From positions 1 through 28,479 of the forward strand of contig JBGCFM010000174.1 of NCBI GenBank assembly GCA_045106895.1: a stretch of 28,479 nt of DNA. The letters are read 5' to 3'. Both the position numbers and the translations under genes were made by a program. The stretch comes from Polyangiales bacterium (GTDB taxonomy: Bacteria; Myxococcota_A; Polyangia; Polyangiales; Houyiibacteriaceae). A model generated the notes under the pieces. That model had not been told where the DNA came from and did no database searches. It saw only the letters and a program-made list of their open reading frames with translations. Shown in pieces: positions 16,364 to 24,262 of the stretch; position 1 is the first letter of the stretch, and each line of letters begins with the position of its first letter.

Positions 16364-18460
16364 CTAAGGCGCGACCAGCTCGATGGTGGAGATCGGCTGT
16401 CGGTCACGGGCGCACTCATCGTCGAGCTCCTCACACCGGCGTAGGAGCGCTGGGGCTTCGTCCGGCGCGCGGTGCGCGAGGTACGCTTCGCGGGCCGCGT
16501 CGTCTTCCCGCGCCAGCGACTGAGTTCGCAAGAGCGACTCGACGCGTGGACCAAAGCGTAGTCCCGCGCGCGCCGCAGCCGCCGCGTTGGGGCTCTCGAT
16601 GCTGCCGAGAGCTTGGGCCAAGTCCGCGAGCGCGCGCGGGTCTCTCGGGCTCCGGCGCGCGACATCTTCGTAGGCTTCAGCGGCTTCTGCCCAGCGCCAG
16701 ACTTGAGCGTAGGCACGCCCCCTAGCGCGGGCGGCGGCGACGCTCGTATTTCCCTCGAGGAGCTCAATGGCTTCGTCCACGCGGCCTTGCCGACCGGCGA
16801 CCCCAGCGAGGATGATGTTCAACTCGTCGTCGTGGTCTCCTCCGCGACGACGTGCCGCGGCGATCACCGGGCGGACTTCGTCGAGGCGCTCCTGCAAGGA
16901 GTGAGAGCGCGCGAGGGCGAGGTTGCGCAGACGTGAATAGGTGGGCTCTTCGTCACAGCCTTCTCCCAAGCATCGCTCCACTTCCGCGACGACGGTGATC
17001 GGCTCCGGCGCACAGGGGTCGATGGGTTCACGCTCCAGTTGCCGCGTCATCGCGTCGAAGGCGCGTCCCCGCGGCGTGCGCGAGTCCGCGCATGCAAGGG
17101 CACGAAGACCCGCGCTGTGCTTACGATGAAGAACTCGGGCGCGAACGCGAGCCGGCACCCCTCGCGTGCGAAGCGAGTAGCGAATCAGCGCCGCGTCGCG
17201 CGCCGCGATGGTTCGGTCGTAGGCCGCGGCGACGAAACGATGAACGAGATGATCCGGCTCGGGTCGCCCGTCTGCATCCATGACCACGGAGCGAAAGCGG
17301 TACGCGCTTGGGTCGGCTTCACGTGCATGGTCAACGCCCGCTTGCCCCAAAAGCGCTCCGTCGGCGTCGAACACACTCACCTCGACCCAGGTGTCTTGCA
17401 GGTCTCGCGTGCCGCCTGGAAAACGATGGCCGCTCTCTTCGTTTCGCACGACCACGTCGAAGGTGTATTCGCTGCCGCGACGGGCTTCGGCCAAGTCGTA
17501 GAACCAGCGCCGCCCCACCCGCAACGCGGCGACATCGATGCTGGCGGCGCCCGCCAAAAGGTGTCCTTCTTCGCCACCGGGCAGCGCGGTGTGTGAAGCC
17601 GCAACGCGATGTGAACGCACCTGACCATCCGTGGCAGCGAGGTCCCTCGGCGCGTCGATGGGCTCCATATGACAGCCTGAACAGCTTGCTTCTTCGACGT
17701 TGTCCAGTCGTTCCCCTTCGGCGCCGGCGAAGGCGCTCTGTCTCCATGCGCCAATGTCATCGATTCCGGCCATATGATGAGGCGACCCCACTTCGGAGCC
17801 AATGAACGAGCGGTGACAAGAACCACAGAGCGCTGCTGTGCGAAGCGGCGATGGAGTCACGCGCGCGACGTGTTCGGCGACCTCGTTCGCGTCGTCGGGG
17901 TCCGGAATCGGCACCGGCGCGAGGTCCATGGAAAACGAGCCGTTTCCATCGGAGCGCGTCTCTGTGGTGGAGTGGCAAACCAGACAGGGGACCCCTGCGT
18001 GGGCGCGGATATCGTCACCCTCAACGTCATCGTCGATGGCTCCGTTCACGAGCAGCACCGGGTCATGACAGCCGGCACAAAAGCGGCTCGCCTCGTTGCC
18101 GCGTTCAGCGCGAAACGCGTCGACGGCGACGCGGTACCAGGGGTTGTCGAAGCTGGAGCGCGCGTGAGCCGACTGCGCCCAGCTGGCGGCGACATCTTCG
18201 TGGCAGGACGCGCATGTCACTGTGTCTGAAAGAAACGAGGTATCGCCACGCCAGGTCGCGTGCGAAGGCGGGCGCTGGGTCGGGGCCGTCGGCAGACGAG
18301 GGGGGCCTTCATCGAAGATGGGTGGGGGCGCGACGAGGGCTGTCTCAGGCGGCTCAGGCTCCGGCTCGGGTGGCGCCTTCGTCAACGATGGCACGTCGCA
18401 TCCAACGACGAAGAGAGTCAGCAACCCAAACCTGATCGTTCGTTGTCTCAGAGTCCTCAT
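16364..18460 (-). CDS. Pentaheme c-type cytochrome lipoprotein with C-terminal TPR-like region
   Basis: VVGC lipobox. Five CxxCH motifs (CASCH, CAGCH, CLVCH, CGSCH, CSGCH), GHRFPGG motif, Ala-rich helical repeats at the C-terminus. Confidence 0.85.
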   Translation of the reverse strand: MRTLRQRTIRFGLLTLFVVGCDVPSLTKAPPEPEPEPPETALVAPPPIFDEGPPRLPTAPTQRPPSHATWRGDTSFLSDTVTCASCHEDVAASWAQSAHARSSFDNPWYRVAVDAFRAERGNEASRFCAGCHDPVLLVNGAIDDDVEGDDIRAHAGVPCLVCHSTTETRSDGNGSFSMDLAPVPIPDPDDANEVAEHVARVTPSPLRTAALCGSCHRSFIGSEVGSPHHMAGIDDIGAWRQSAFAGAEGERLDNVEEASCSGCHMEPIDAPRDLAATDGQVRSHRVAASHTALPGGEEGHLLAGAASIDVAALRVGRRWFYDLAEARRGSEYTFDVVVRNEESGHRFPGGTRDLQDTWVEVSVFDADGALLGQAGVDHAREADPSAYRFRSVVMDADGRPEPDHLVHRFVAAAYDRTIAARDAALIRYSLRTRGVPARVRARVLHRKHSAGLRALACADSRTPRGRAFDAMTRQLEREPIDPCAPEPITVVAEVERCLGEGCDEEPTYSRLRNLALARSHSLQERLDEVRPVIAAARRRGGDHDDELNIILAGVAGRQGRVDEAIELLEGNTSVAAARARGRAYAQVWRWAEAAEAYEDVARRSPRDPRALADLAQALGSIESPNAAAAARAGLRFGPRVESLLRTQSLAREDDAAREAYLAHRAPDEAPALLRRCEELDDECARDRQPISTIELVAP

Positions 18461-19497
18461 CGGGAGCTTGGACGCGCCGAACGACGAGAAGTTCTCTCGG
18501 GGCTCGCCGCCTCAACTTCCATGCGAGCGCTCTCGATACGCCGCTCGACGAGGCTTCGCCAAGGGTCGTCGTCCGCAGCGAGGGCCAAGTAGGTCTGCCA
18601 AGAACGCAGCGTCGCTCGAAGCGCAGTGAGCTTCTCTTCGCCCTGGGCACGCTCGGCGAGGGCGCGATTGCCCAGGGCCTCGTAATAGTGAACCTCCGAC
18701 GCCGGCTCGAAGAACACGCCATTGCGGTGAAGAATATCGATGCCCATACCGACGTTCACAGCCTCAAGGGCACGTCCGCGTGCCTCACTTATCTCGCCGA
18801 GGCGGTCCAGCGCCACGGCGAGTCCAAAGAGCGGCAGACCACGCGCATCCGGGCTGTTCGTATTGCGCGCGAGGTGAATCGCGCGTTCGTAATCGCGTAC
18901 GGCGCCGATGAGGTCGCCGTCCATCATGCGTACCTCGGCCATGTTCGAATACGTCACCGCCGTGTTCTCGGGCGTCAGCGCATAGCGAATAGAGCGCTGA
19001 TACTCGCGAACGGCGGCGGCAAAGCGACGCACCCGGGTGTTGAGGAGGCCGAGTTCGAATCCCACCTCGGTGGCACGAAAGAGAGGGTCGAGAGACTGAA
19101 GGTGCTCGAACGCAGCGATGGCTTCCTCGTCCCGGCGCACGGTCGTTCCGTTCTGCCGATCGAAGTGTTCAAAGCGCGAGAGTGCATACGCCAGAAAGTA
19201 CCAAGCACGCTTGCTTTGAGGCGTGAGGGTTACGGCGTGCTCGAAGCGCAGGATCGCGCTGCGGATTTGGGCATGAACCATGGGGTCCGAGGTGGCCGCA
19301 TCCGCGACGCCCTGGAGAAAAGCGATGCCCTGCTCGATGAGCTCTTGGGAGCGGGTGTAGCCGGGGTCACGGAGCTCACGCCAGAAGGTGCTCGTTTGCT
19401 CGTTGGGAGCGCGGCGCAAACCCTGAGCAAAGGCGCTCGCGTTGCCGACACAGAGACTCAGGCAGAGCGCGAACGCGGCTCGTCGAGCACGCTTCAC
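18457..19497 (-). CDS. Exported tetratricopeptide-repeat protein
   Basis: Signal peptide ending in AFA. TPR patterns AWYFLAYAL, FELGLLN and YSNMAEV...GAVRDYERAI. 4-nt overlaps with both neighbours. Confidence 0.82.
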   Translation of the reverse strand: MKRARRAAFALCLSLCVGNASAFAQGLRRAPNEQTSTFWRELRDPGYTRSQELIEQGIAFLQGVADAATSDPMVHAQIRSAILRFEHAVTLTPQSKRAWYFLAYALSRFEHFDRQNGTTVRRDEEAIAAFEHLQSLDPLFRATEVGFELGLLNTRVRRFAAAVREYQRSIRYALTPENTAVTYSNMAEVRMMDGDLIGAVRDYERAIHLARNTNSPDARGLPLFGLAVALDRLGEISEARGRALEAVNVGMGIDILHRNGVFFEPASEVHYYEALGNRALAERAQGEEKLTALRATLRSWQTYLALAADDDPWRSLVERRIESARMEVEAASPERTSRRSARPSSR

Positions 19498-20297
19498 GGG
19501 AGCGCCGCGGCGACTTCCTGCGCAAAGACGGCCCACGGGCCGACCGCCGCACGTTCCCAGGCGGTCTTCGCACCGAGAGCATCACCTCCGACCTCCATAA
19601 GCAGCGCGGCGCGCGATTCGATCTCAGAGGGAGGCAGGCTGAGGGAGAGCAGGAGTTGGCGCGCGGTGGTGTCGGCGGCGGCCTGGGCGCTGACACGCCA
19701 AGCGCCTTCCGTCGCCCCTTGTCGACGTAGCGCGAGGGCGAGGCCAAGTTGAGCGCGACCCGAGCGGCCCGTCGCACGAAGAGCTTCGCGGTATGCGGTG
19801 ATGGCGGCCTCAAGATGCTCCGCTCCGAGAGCCTGAAGGACGTCCCCGTATGTGGCGAAGAGTGTGTCCCGCTGGCCTCCTGGTCCGGCACTTCGAACCG
19901 CTCGTTCCAAAATGGCTCGAGCCTCAGGCAGCGCGTTCGCTCGAAGCAAAACGGATGTCGCTCGCTCCGCGAAGGAACCATCCGCGGACGTCGCGTCGAG
20001 GGTTAGCGCCCGGGCGATGCTCTGGGCACCGTCTTCGACGGCGCCGCGTTCGCCGGCCGCAAGACCACGAATCAGGTGCGCTTTTGGAGCTTCATCGATG
20101 AGCGCGATCGCTTCGTCGGCGAGGCGCAGCGCGTCCGTCAGTCGCCTCGCTCGAAGCGCGAGTTCTGCCTCCTCCGTGAGTCGGCGGTACTGCGAAATTC
20201 CGGGTTCGCGCACCTCGTCCCAAAAGTCTGAGGCCTTCGCCGAGGGGGTGACGAGGAGCACGCTGACAAATAGAAGAGCACACTTCGCGAAAGGCAC
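19494..20297 (-). CDS. Exported tetratricopeptide-repeat protein (paralogue of the adjacent gene)
   Basis: Signal peptide ending in AKA. TPR patterns AHLIRGLA and YGDVLQALG...AITAYREAL. Start GTG 20297 lies 6 nt after TGC-TATAGT. Confidence 0.78.
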   Translation of the reverse strand: MPFAKCALLFVSVLLVTPSAKASDFWDEVREPGISQYRRLTEEAELALRARRLTDALRLADEAIALIDEAPKAHLIRGLAAGERGAVEDGAQSIARALTLDATSADGSFAERATSVLLRANALPEARAILERAVRSAGPGGQRDTLFATYGDVLQALGAEHLEAAITAYREALRATGRSGRAQLGLALALRRQGATEGAWRVSAQAAADTTARQLLLSLSLPPSEIESRAALLMEVGGDALGAKTAWERAAVGPWAVFAQEVAAALP

Positions 20298-20332
20298 GGC
20301 GACACTATAGCAGGCTTCCGCCCACGCCCAGT

Positions 20333-21343
20333 TCATCCTTGCTGCATCGAAGTGGAGCAGCGGATGACGACCTTGCCAAAGTGCGCGCCGCGCATGAGGT
20401 AGGCGAAGGCCGCCGGCGCATCTTCAAAGTCGAACACTCGGTCGATGACCGGGCGAAGCTCCGCGGAGGCCATCGCGCGATTCATCGCCTCGAAGCTCGA
20501 GCGTGAGCCCACGATGATCCCCTGGACACGAATCGCGTTCATCAAGATCTTCGTGAGCATGACCTCGGCTTTAGGCCCTCCGAGAATCCCGATAAGAGAC
20601 AGCTGCCCACCGGTTCGAACTGCGCGAAGCGACTGGTCGAGGGTGGATGCGCCGCCGAGCTCGATGACGCGATCGGCTCCGCCCAACTCGGCCACTCGTT
20701 TGCCCCAGTTCGGGTCGGCAACGTAGTCGAGGGTGTGATCTGCGCCGAGCTCTCGTGCTCGCTCAAGCTTGGCGTCGCTGCTCGAGGTGACAACGACCTC
20801 CGCGCCCATGAGCTTGGCGAGCTGGAGCGCGAAAATGGACACGCCCCCGGTGCCCTGGGTAACGACTCGCTCACCTGCGCGGACGCCATCGAGAGCGGAC
20901 CACGCCGTGACGGCGGCACATGGGAGCGTCGCGGCTTCTTCATCGCTCAGGTAGTCCGGCACGCGCACGAAGCCCGCTTCGTCGCCGACGATGGACTGGC
21001 GGAGCATTCCATTGATAGGCCCGCCTCGAGTTTGACGCACAGATTCGCGCGAAGGACTGCCGTCGATCCAGAGCGGAGCGAAGGCCCCAGCGACGCGGTC
21101 TCCGACGGCCAGGCGCGTGACGTCCTCGCCGACTTCGATCACCTCACCGGCGCCGTCGGAGAGCGGAACGAGAGGCAAAGCTTGGCGAGGGTCGTACTCA
21201 CCGCGAACCATCAGCAGGTCGCGATAGTTGAGGCTGCACGCCAGAATTCGCACGCGAACCTCCATTCGCCGCAGCTCCGCAGGGCGGTGTTCGACCAGCG
21301 TGAGGTGCTCCATGCCGAAGTTGTTGATTTGCCATGCGCGCAT
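20333..21343 (-). CDS. NAD(P)-dependent MDR-superfamily alcohol dehydrogenase / quinone-reductase-like protein
   Basis: SLNYRDL, PLSDGAGEV, AATLPCAAVTAW, GTGGVS and HFGKVVI motifs. Confidence 0.92.
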   Translation of the reverse strand: MRAWQINNFGMEHLTLVEHRPAELRRMEVRVRILACSLNYRDLLMVRGEYDPRQALPLVPLSDGAGEVIEVGEDVTRLAVGDRVAGAFAPLWIDGSPSRESVRQTRGGPINGMLRQSIVGDEAGFVRVPDYLSDEEAATLPCAAVTAWSALDGVRAGERVVTQGTGGVSIFALQLAKLMGAEVVVTSSSDAKLERARELGADHTLDYVADPNWGKRVAELGGADRVIELGGASTLDQSLRAVRTGGQLSLIGILGGPKAEVMLTKILMNAIRVQGIIVGSRSSFEAMNRAMASAELRPVIDRVFDFEDAPAAFAYLMRGAHFGKVVIRCSTSMQQG

Positions 21344-21419
21344 GGCCCGGAGAATAGCCGAGAAATGGCACATCATGCGGGGCTATCGACGACCCCCCGT
21401 TTGAGCTACGCTTCCGCCG

Positions 21420-21701
21420 ATGTCGAAGAAGCAGCCCAAGTCCTCCACGAAAAAGAAGCGGAACAAGAAGTACAAGCCCCGTGAACAACGCGAGGCTGCC
21501 GCCGCATCGAGCGGCGGGTCGTCCGGCAACAACACCGTGACGAGCAGCGGCGGCGGAGCGATGCGCCGCATGGTCGGCGGGTTTCGACGCGCCGTCGGTG
21601 TGGAGAAAGAAGCTCAAAAAGGCGCTGGCGACTACATCTGGACGATTCTTCTCGTCCTGGCCGTCGCGGGCATCTTGTTCTGGAAGTTCGGCGCGAGCTA
21701 A
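21420..21701 (+). CDS. Small tail-anchored membrane protein with Lys-rich N-terminus (hypothetical)
   Basis: 93 aa; 11 K/R in the first 21 residues, Gly/Ser linker, single C-terminal TM helix; -10 box TACGCT 7 nt upstream. Confidence 0.78.
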   Translation: MSKKQPKSSTKKKRNKKYKPREQREAAAASSGGSSGNNTVTSSGGGAMRRMVGGFRRAVGVEKEAQKGAGDYIWTILLVLAVAGILFWKFGAS

Positions 21702-21713
21702 GCAGAGCCGAGT

Positions 21714-22052
21714 TTAGGTCCCGCTCGAAGCGCCGACGGACTCATAGGGCGTGCTCTCCGCGAGCGTTTCAGCGAGACGGTCGTAGGGCTTCCGGGGCTC
21801 GGGGTTGAGGGCGCGTCTTTCGGCAATTCGTCGAATCTCGGATACCGCGGCATCCACCGTGCGGCCGGTCTGCCGTAGGAAGAGCTTGTCCAGCGTCTTG
21901 AGCTCACCGTCGCTGATCCTCAGTCGCTCCGCGCGCGTCCGCCGTTCCCCCACGGAGGCGGTTTCGAGGAGCACACGCTGAGAAGGCGTCAATCGATGGC
22001 ATCTCGACCAGAGATCGATGAGCGCGATAAGACTCATGGGAGTGCGTTCCAT
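21714..22052 (-). CDS. Small hypothetical protein, possible degenerate LuxR/GerE-type HTH
   Basis: LTPSQRVLLE...G......AERLRISDGELKT pattern. Start could be 22052 or 22037. Confidence 0.5.
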   Translation of the reverse strand: MERTPMSLIALIDLWSRCHRLTPSQRVLLETASVGERRTRAERLRISDGELKTLDKLFLRQTGRTVDAAVSEIRRIAERRALNPEPRKPYDRLAETLAESTPYESVGASSGT

Positions 22053-22207
22053 GAGCCCCTTCGAAGCACGTAGTGTACCAGCGGCGTCGTAACGGAGTAG
22101 CGGCCACAACATGCACATCGGGGTCAGGTTTTGGCACTAAATGGGGACGCGCGCGCCCGAGGAGCGTAGGTAAAGACCCACGGCTTGAAGGCAGGAGCCC
22201 ACAGAAC

Positions 22208-23302
22208 TCAGACCAGGCGTGAAGCGCGGTGCCGCAGGAGGTGGTCCGCCAGCGTGAGCGCAACCATGGCCTCCGCCATTGGAATAAAGCGGGGAAGAAG
22301 GCATGGGTCGTGACGTCCGCCCGTTGAGATCGTCGTGGCATCGCCGCCGCGAGTGACCGTGTCTTGAGCCTGCGGCAAGCTGGAAGTGGGCTTGACGGCG
22401 GCGCGCAATACGATGGGCATGCCCGTCGATATTCCGCCGAGCATCCCGCCGTGACGATTGCTGGTCGTGCGAATCGGATCCCCTGGAACGAAGACATCAT
22501 TGTGCTCGCTCCCCCGCATCGTGGCGCAGCCAAAGCCCGAGCCAAACTCAACGCCCAGGACCGCCGGCAGACTAAGGATCGCCTTGCCAAGATCGGCGCG
22601 GAGCTTGTCGAAGACTGGCTGACCAAGTCCCGCTGGAACACCCGTCGCTCGCAGCTCCGCGACGCCGCCGATGGAGTCTTGGTCTTTTCGAACCGCCTTG
22701 ATGAGCGCGATCATCTTCTCCGCCGCGATAGGGTCGGGACAGCGCACGATATTCGGCGTGCCATCGGCGTTCTTCTCGACCGCTTCGAGAGTGACATCGT
22801 CCCCGACGTCGGCGCGGATGTCGCCTACCTGCGTGACGAACGCGAGGACCTCGATGCCTTCACGGGCCAGGAGTTTCTTCGCGACGGCCCCAGCGATCAC
22901 GCGCGAAACGGTCTCACGGGCTGACGCGCGGCCGCCGCCGCGATAGTCACGAAAACCATACTTCGCGTCGTAGGTGTAGTCTGCGTGGCCCGGCCGATAC
23001 TTGTCACGGATATCGGCGTAGTCGCGACTCTTCTGGTCTTTGTTACGAACGATGACCGCGATGGAAGTGCCAGTCGTGCGACCTTCGAATACTCCCGACA
23101 GGATCTCGGGTTCGTCGCCCTCTTTTCGTTGTGTGACGATTGCGGACTGGCCCGGCTTCCGGCGTGCAAGGTCCGGAAGCAGGTCCGCCTCGCTCAGCTC
23201 GAGCCCAGCGGGGCAGCCGTCGATGATCACTACGTTCGCCGCGCCATGAGACTCCCCGGCGCTGGTGACCCGAAAGAGCGCGCCGAACGTATTGCCGCTC
23301 AC
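22208..23302 (-). CDS. aroC: Chorismate synthase
   Basis: GNTFG...GESHG, RPGHAD, GGGRASARET, GGMLGGISTG, KPTSS and GRHDPC motifs. GTG start overlaps the upstream stop (GTGA). Confidence 0.97.
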   Translation of the reverse strand: MSGNTFGALFRVTSAGESHGAANVVIIDGCPAGLELSEADLLPDLARRKPGQSAIVTQRKEGDEPEILSGVFEGRTTGTSIAVIVRNKDQKSRDYADIRDKYRPGHADYTYDAKYGFRDYRGGGRASARETVSRVIAGAVAKKLLAREGIEVLAFVTQVGDIRADVGDDVTLEAVEKNADGTPNIVRCPDPIAAEKMIALIKAVRKDQDSIGGVAELRATGVPAGLGQPVFDKLRADLGKAILSLPAVLGVEFGSGFGCATMRGSEHNDVFVPGDPIRTTSNRHGGMLGGISTGMPIVLRAAVKPTSSLPQAQDTVTRGGDATTISTGGRHDPCLLPRFIPMAEAMVALTLADHLLRHRASRLV

Positions 23303-24039
23303 TTCTTGTTGCCTACGCGGTGCAGCACGTAGCCGACAAAGAACGGTCCCATCTTCTCCATCCACATGGAAGTCTGCACGGTCTTGCGCATGGACTCGAC
23401 GACGTGACTCAAGGGATGCAGCGTCTTGCCCACGAGACCGATGACGAAGTCGTTGTCTGCCTGGTCGATGCCGTGACACGCCAGGCGAATATCACTGGCG
23501 AGATTTTGCGCACCGTACGCTCGACCGATAAACGAGTGCTCGTGAAGGATCTTGTTGCGCTCTTCTTTGCTGAGCGACTCGAAGGAGCCTTTGCGACGGA
23601 GCGGATACCAAACCGCCCACGGCAGCTCCGTGTTCGACGCGTTCTCCGCCGGTCGATCGATGATCCACCACTCGAGGTTTTGCTCATGCCCAAGGGCGTA
23701 CGTTCGCCCAAGCATGGTGTACTCCGGGCGCAGGACCAGCTCGTTGAGCTTGTGGTTCGAGAAAAGTGGCCGGACCTTCGTCACAAAATCTGCGGGGTCT
23801 TCGGACCAAACGAGCAAGCCGATGCCCCGTGGGTCTTGTGCGTCGGCGTACACCACGCCCGCCACACCTGCTCCGGCGAGGGCTCCGGCGAGGGCTTCAG
23901 CGGCCTCCGTCGCGCTGGCACCGACGGGCGCCTGATACACCTGAAGCCGCATGAACAAGCGACGGTCCATCGCCTGGGTAACTTCGCCGCGCGTCGCGCC
24001 GCGCTCCATGATGTCGATGGTGGGGAGCTTTGTCTGCAT
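23299..24039 (-). CDS. Chlorite dismutase / coproheme decarboxylase (ChdC/HemQ) family heme protein
   Basis: WYPLRR, EER..ILHEHSFIGRAY (proximal His), MRKT and GPFFVG motifs. Start ATG 24039. Confidence 0.82.
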   Translation of the reverse strand: MQTKLPTIDIMERGATRGEVTQAMDRRLFMRLQVYQAPVGASATEAAEALAGALAGAGVAGVVYADAQDPRGIGLLVWSEDPADFVTKVRPLFSNHKLNELVLRPEYTMLGRTYALGHEQNLEWWIIDRPAENASNTELPWAVWYPLRRKGSFESLSKEERNKILHEHSFIGRAYGAQNLASDIRLACHGIDQADNDFVIGLVGKTLHPLSHVVESMRKTVQTSMWMEKMGPFFVGYVLHRVGNKK

Positions 24040-24235
24040 GACGCTGGTGTAGCACGGGATAGGGGCCCTGCGGAGGCCGCTCTGAGGGGTACAAATCAAG
24101 GGCGAAAGGGCCCAGGTTTTCGGGTTTGCGTTGGCCTCATGCGGTGTGGTGGCACACATGTGCCGCCCCCCGATGGAGCGTGAAGCTCACTCACGGATCG
24201 ACGCGTCGTTCATCGTTTTGTGCGCGAAAAGCGGC

Positions 24236-24251
24236 TGGCACGCGCGTTGCT
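24236..24251 (+). promoter_or_regulatory. Sigma54 (-24/-12) promoter
   Basis: TGGCAC-GCGCG-TTGCT matches the TGGCAC-N5-TTGCW consensus exactly and ends 11 nt before ATG 24263. Confidence 0.8.
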
Positions 24252-24262
24252 CTACTCGGGGC

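Noticed and set aside
18688..19752. 354-aa plus-strand ORF and similar ORFs opposite the TPR, cytochrome and dehydrogenase genes
   Set aside because: Antisense shadows of coupled, motif-bearing minus-strand genes.
23303..23479. 59-aa N-terminal extension of aroC in the ORF track
   Set aside because: It overlaps the ChdC/Cld-family gene. The conserved aroC N-terminus (SGNTFG) begins at GTG 23302.
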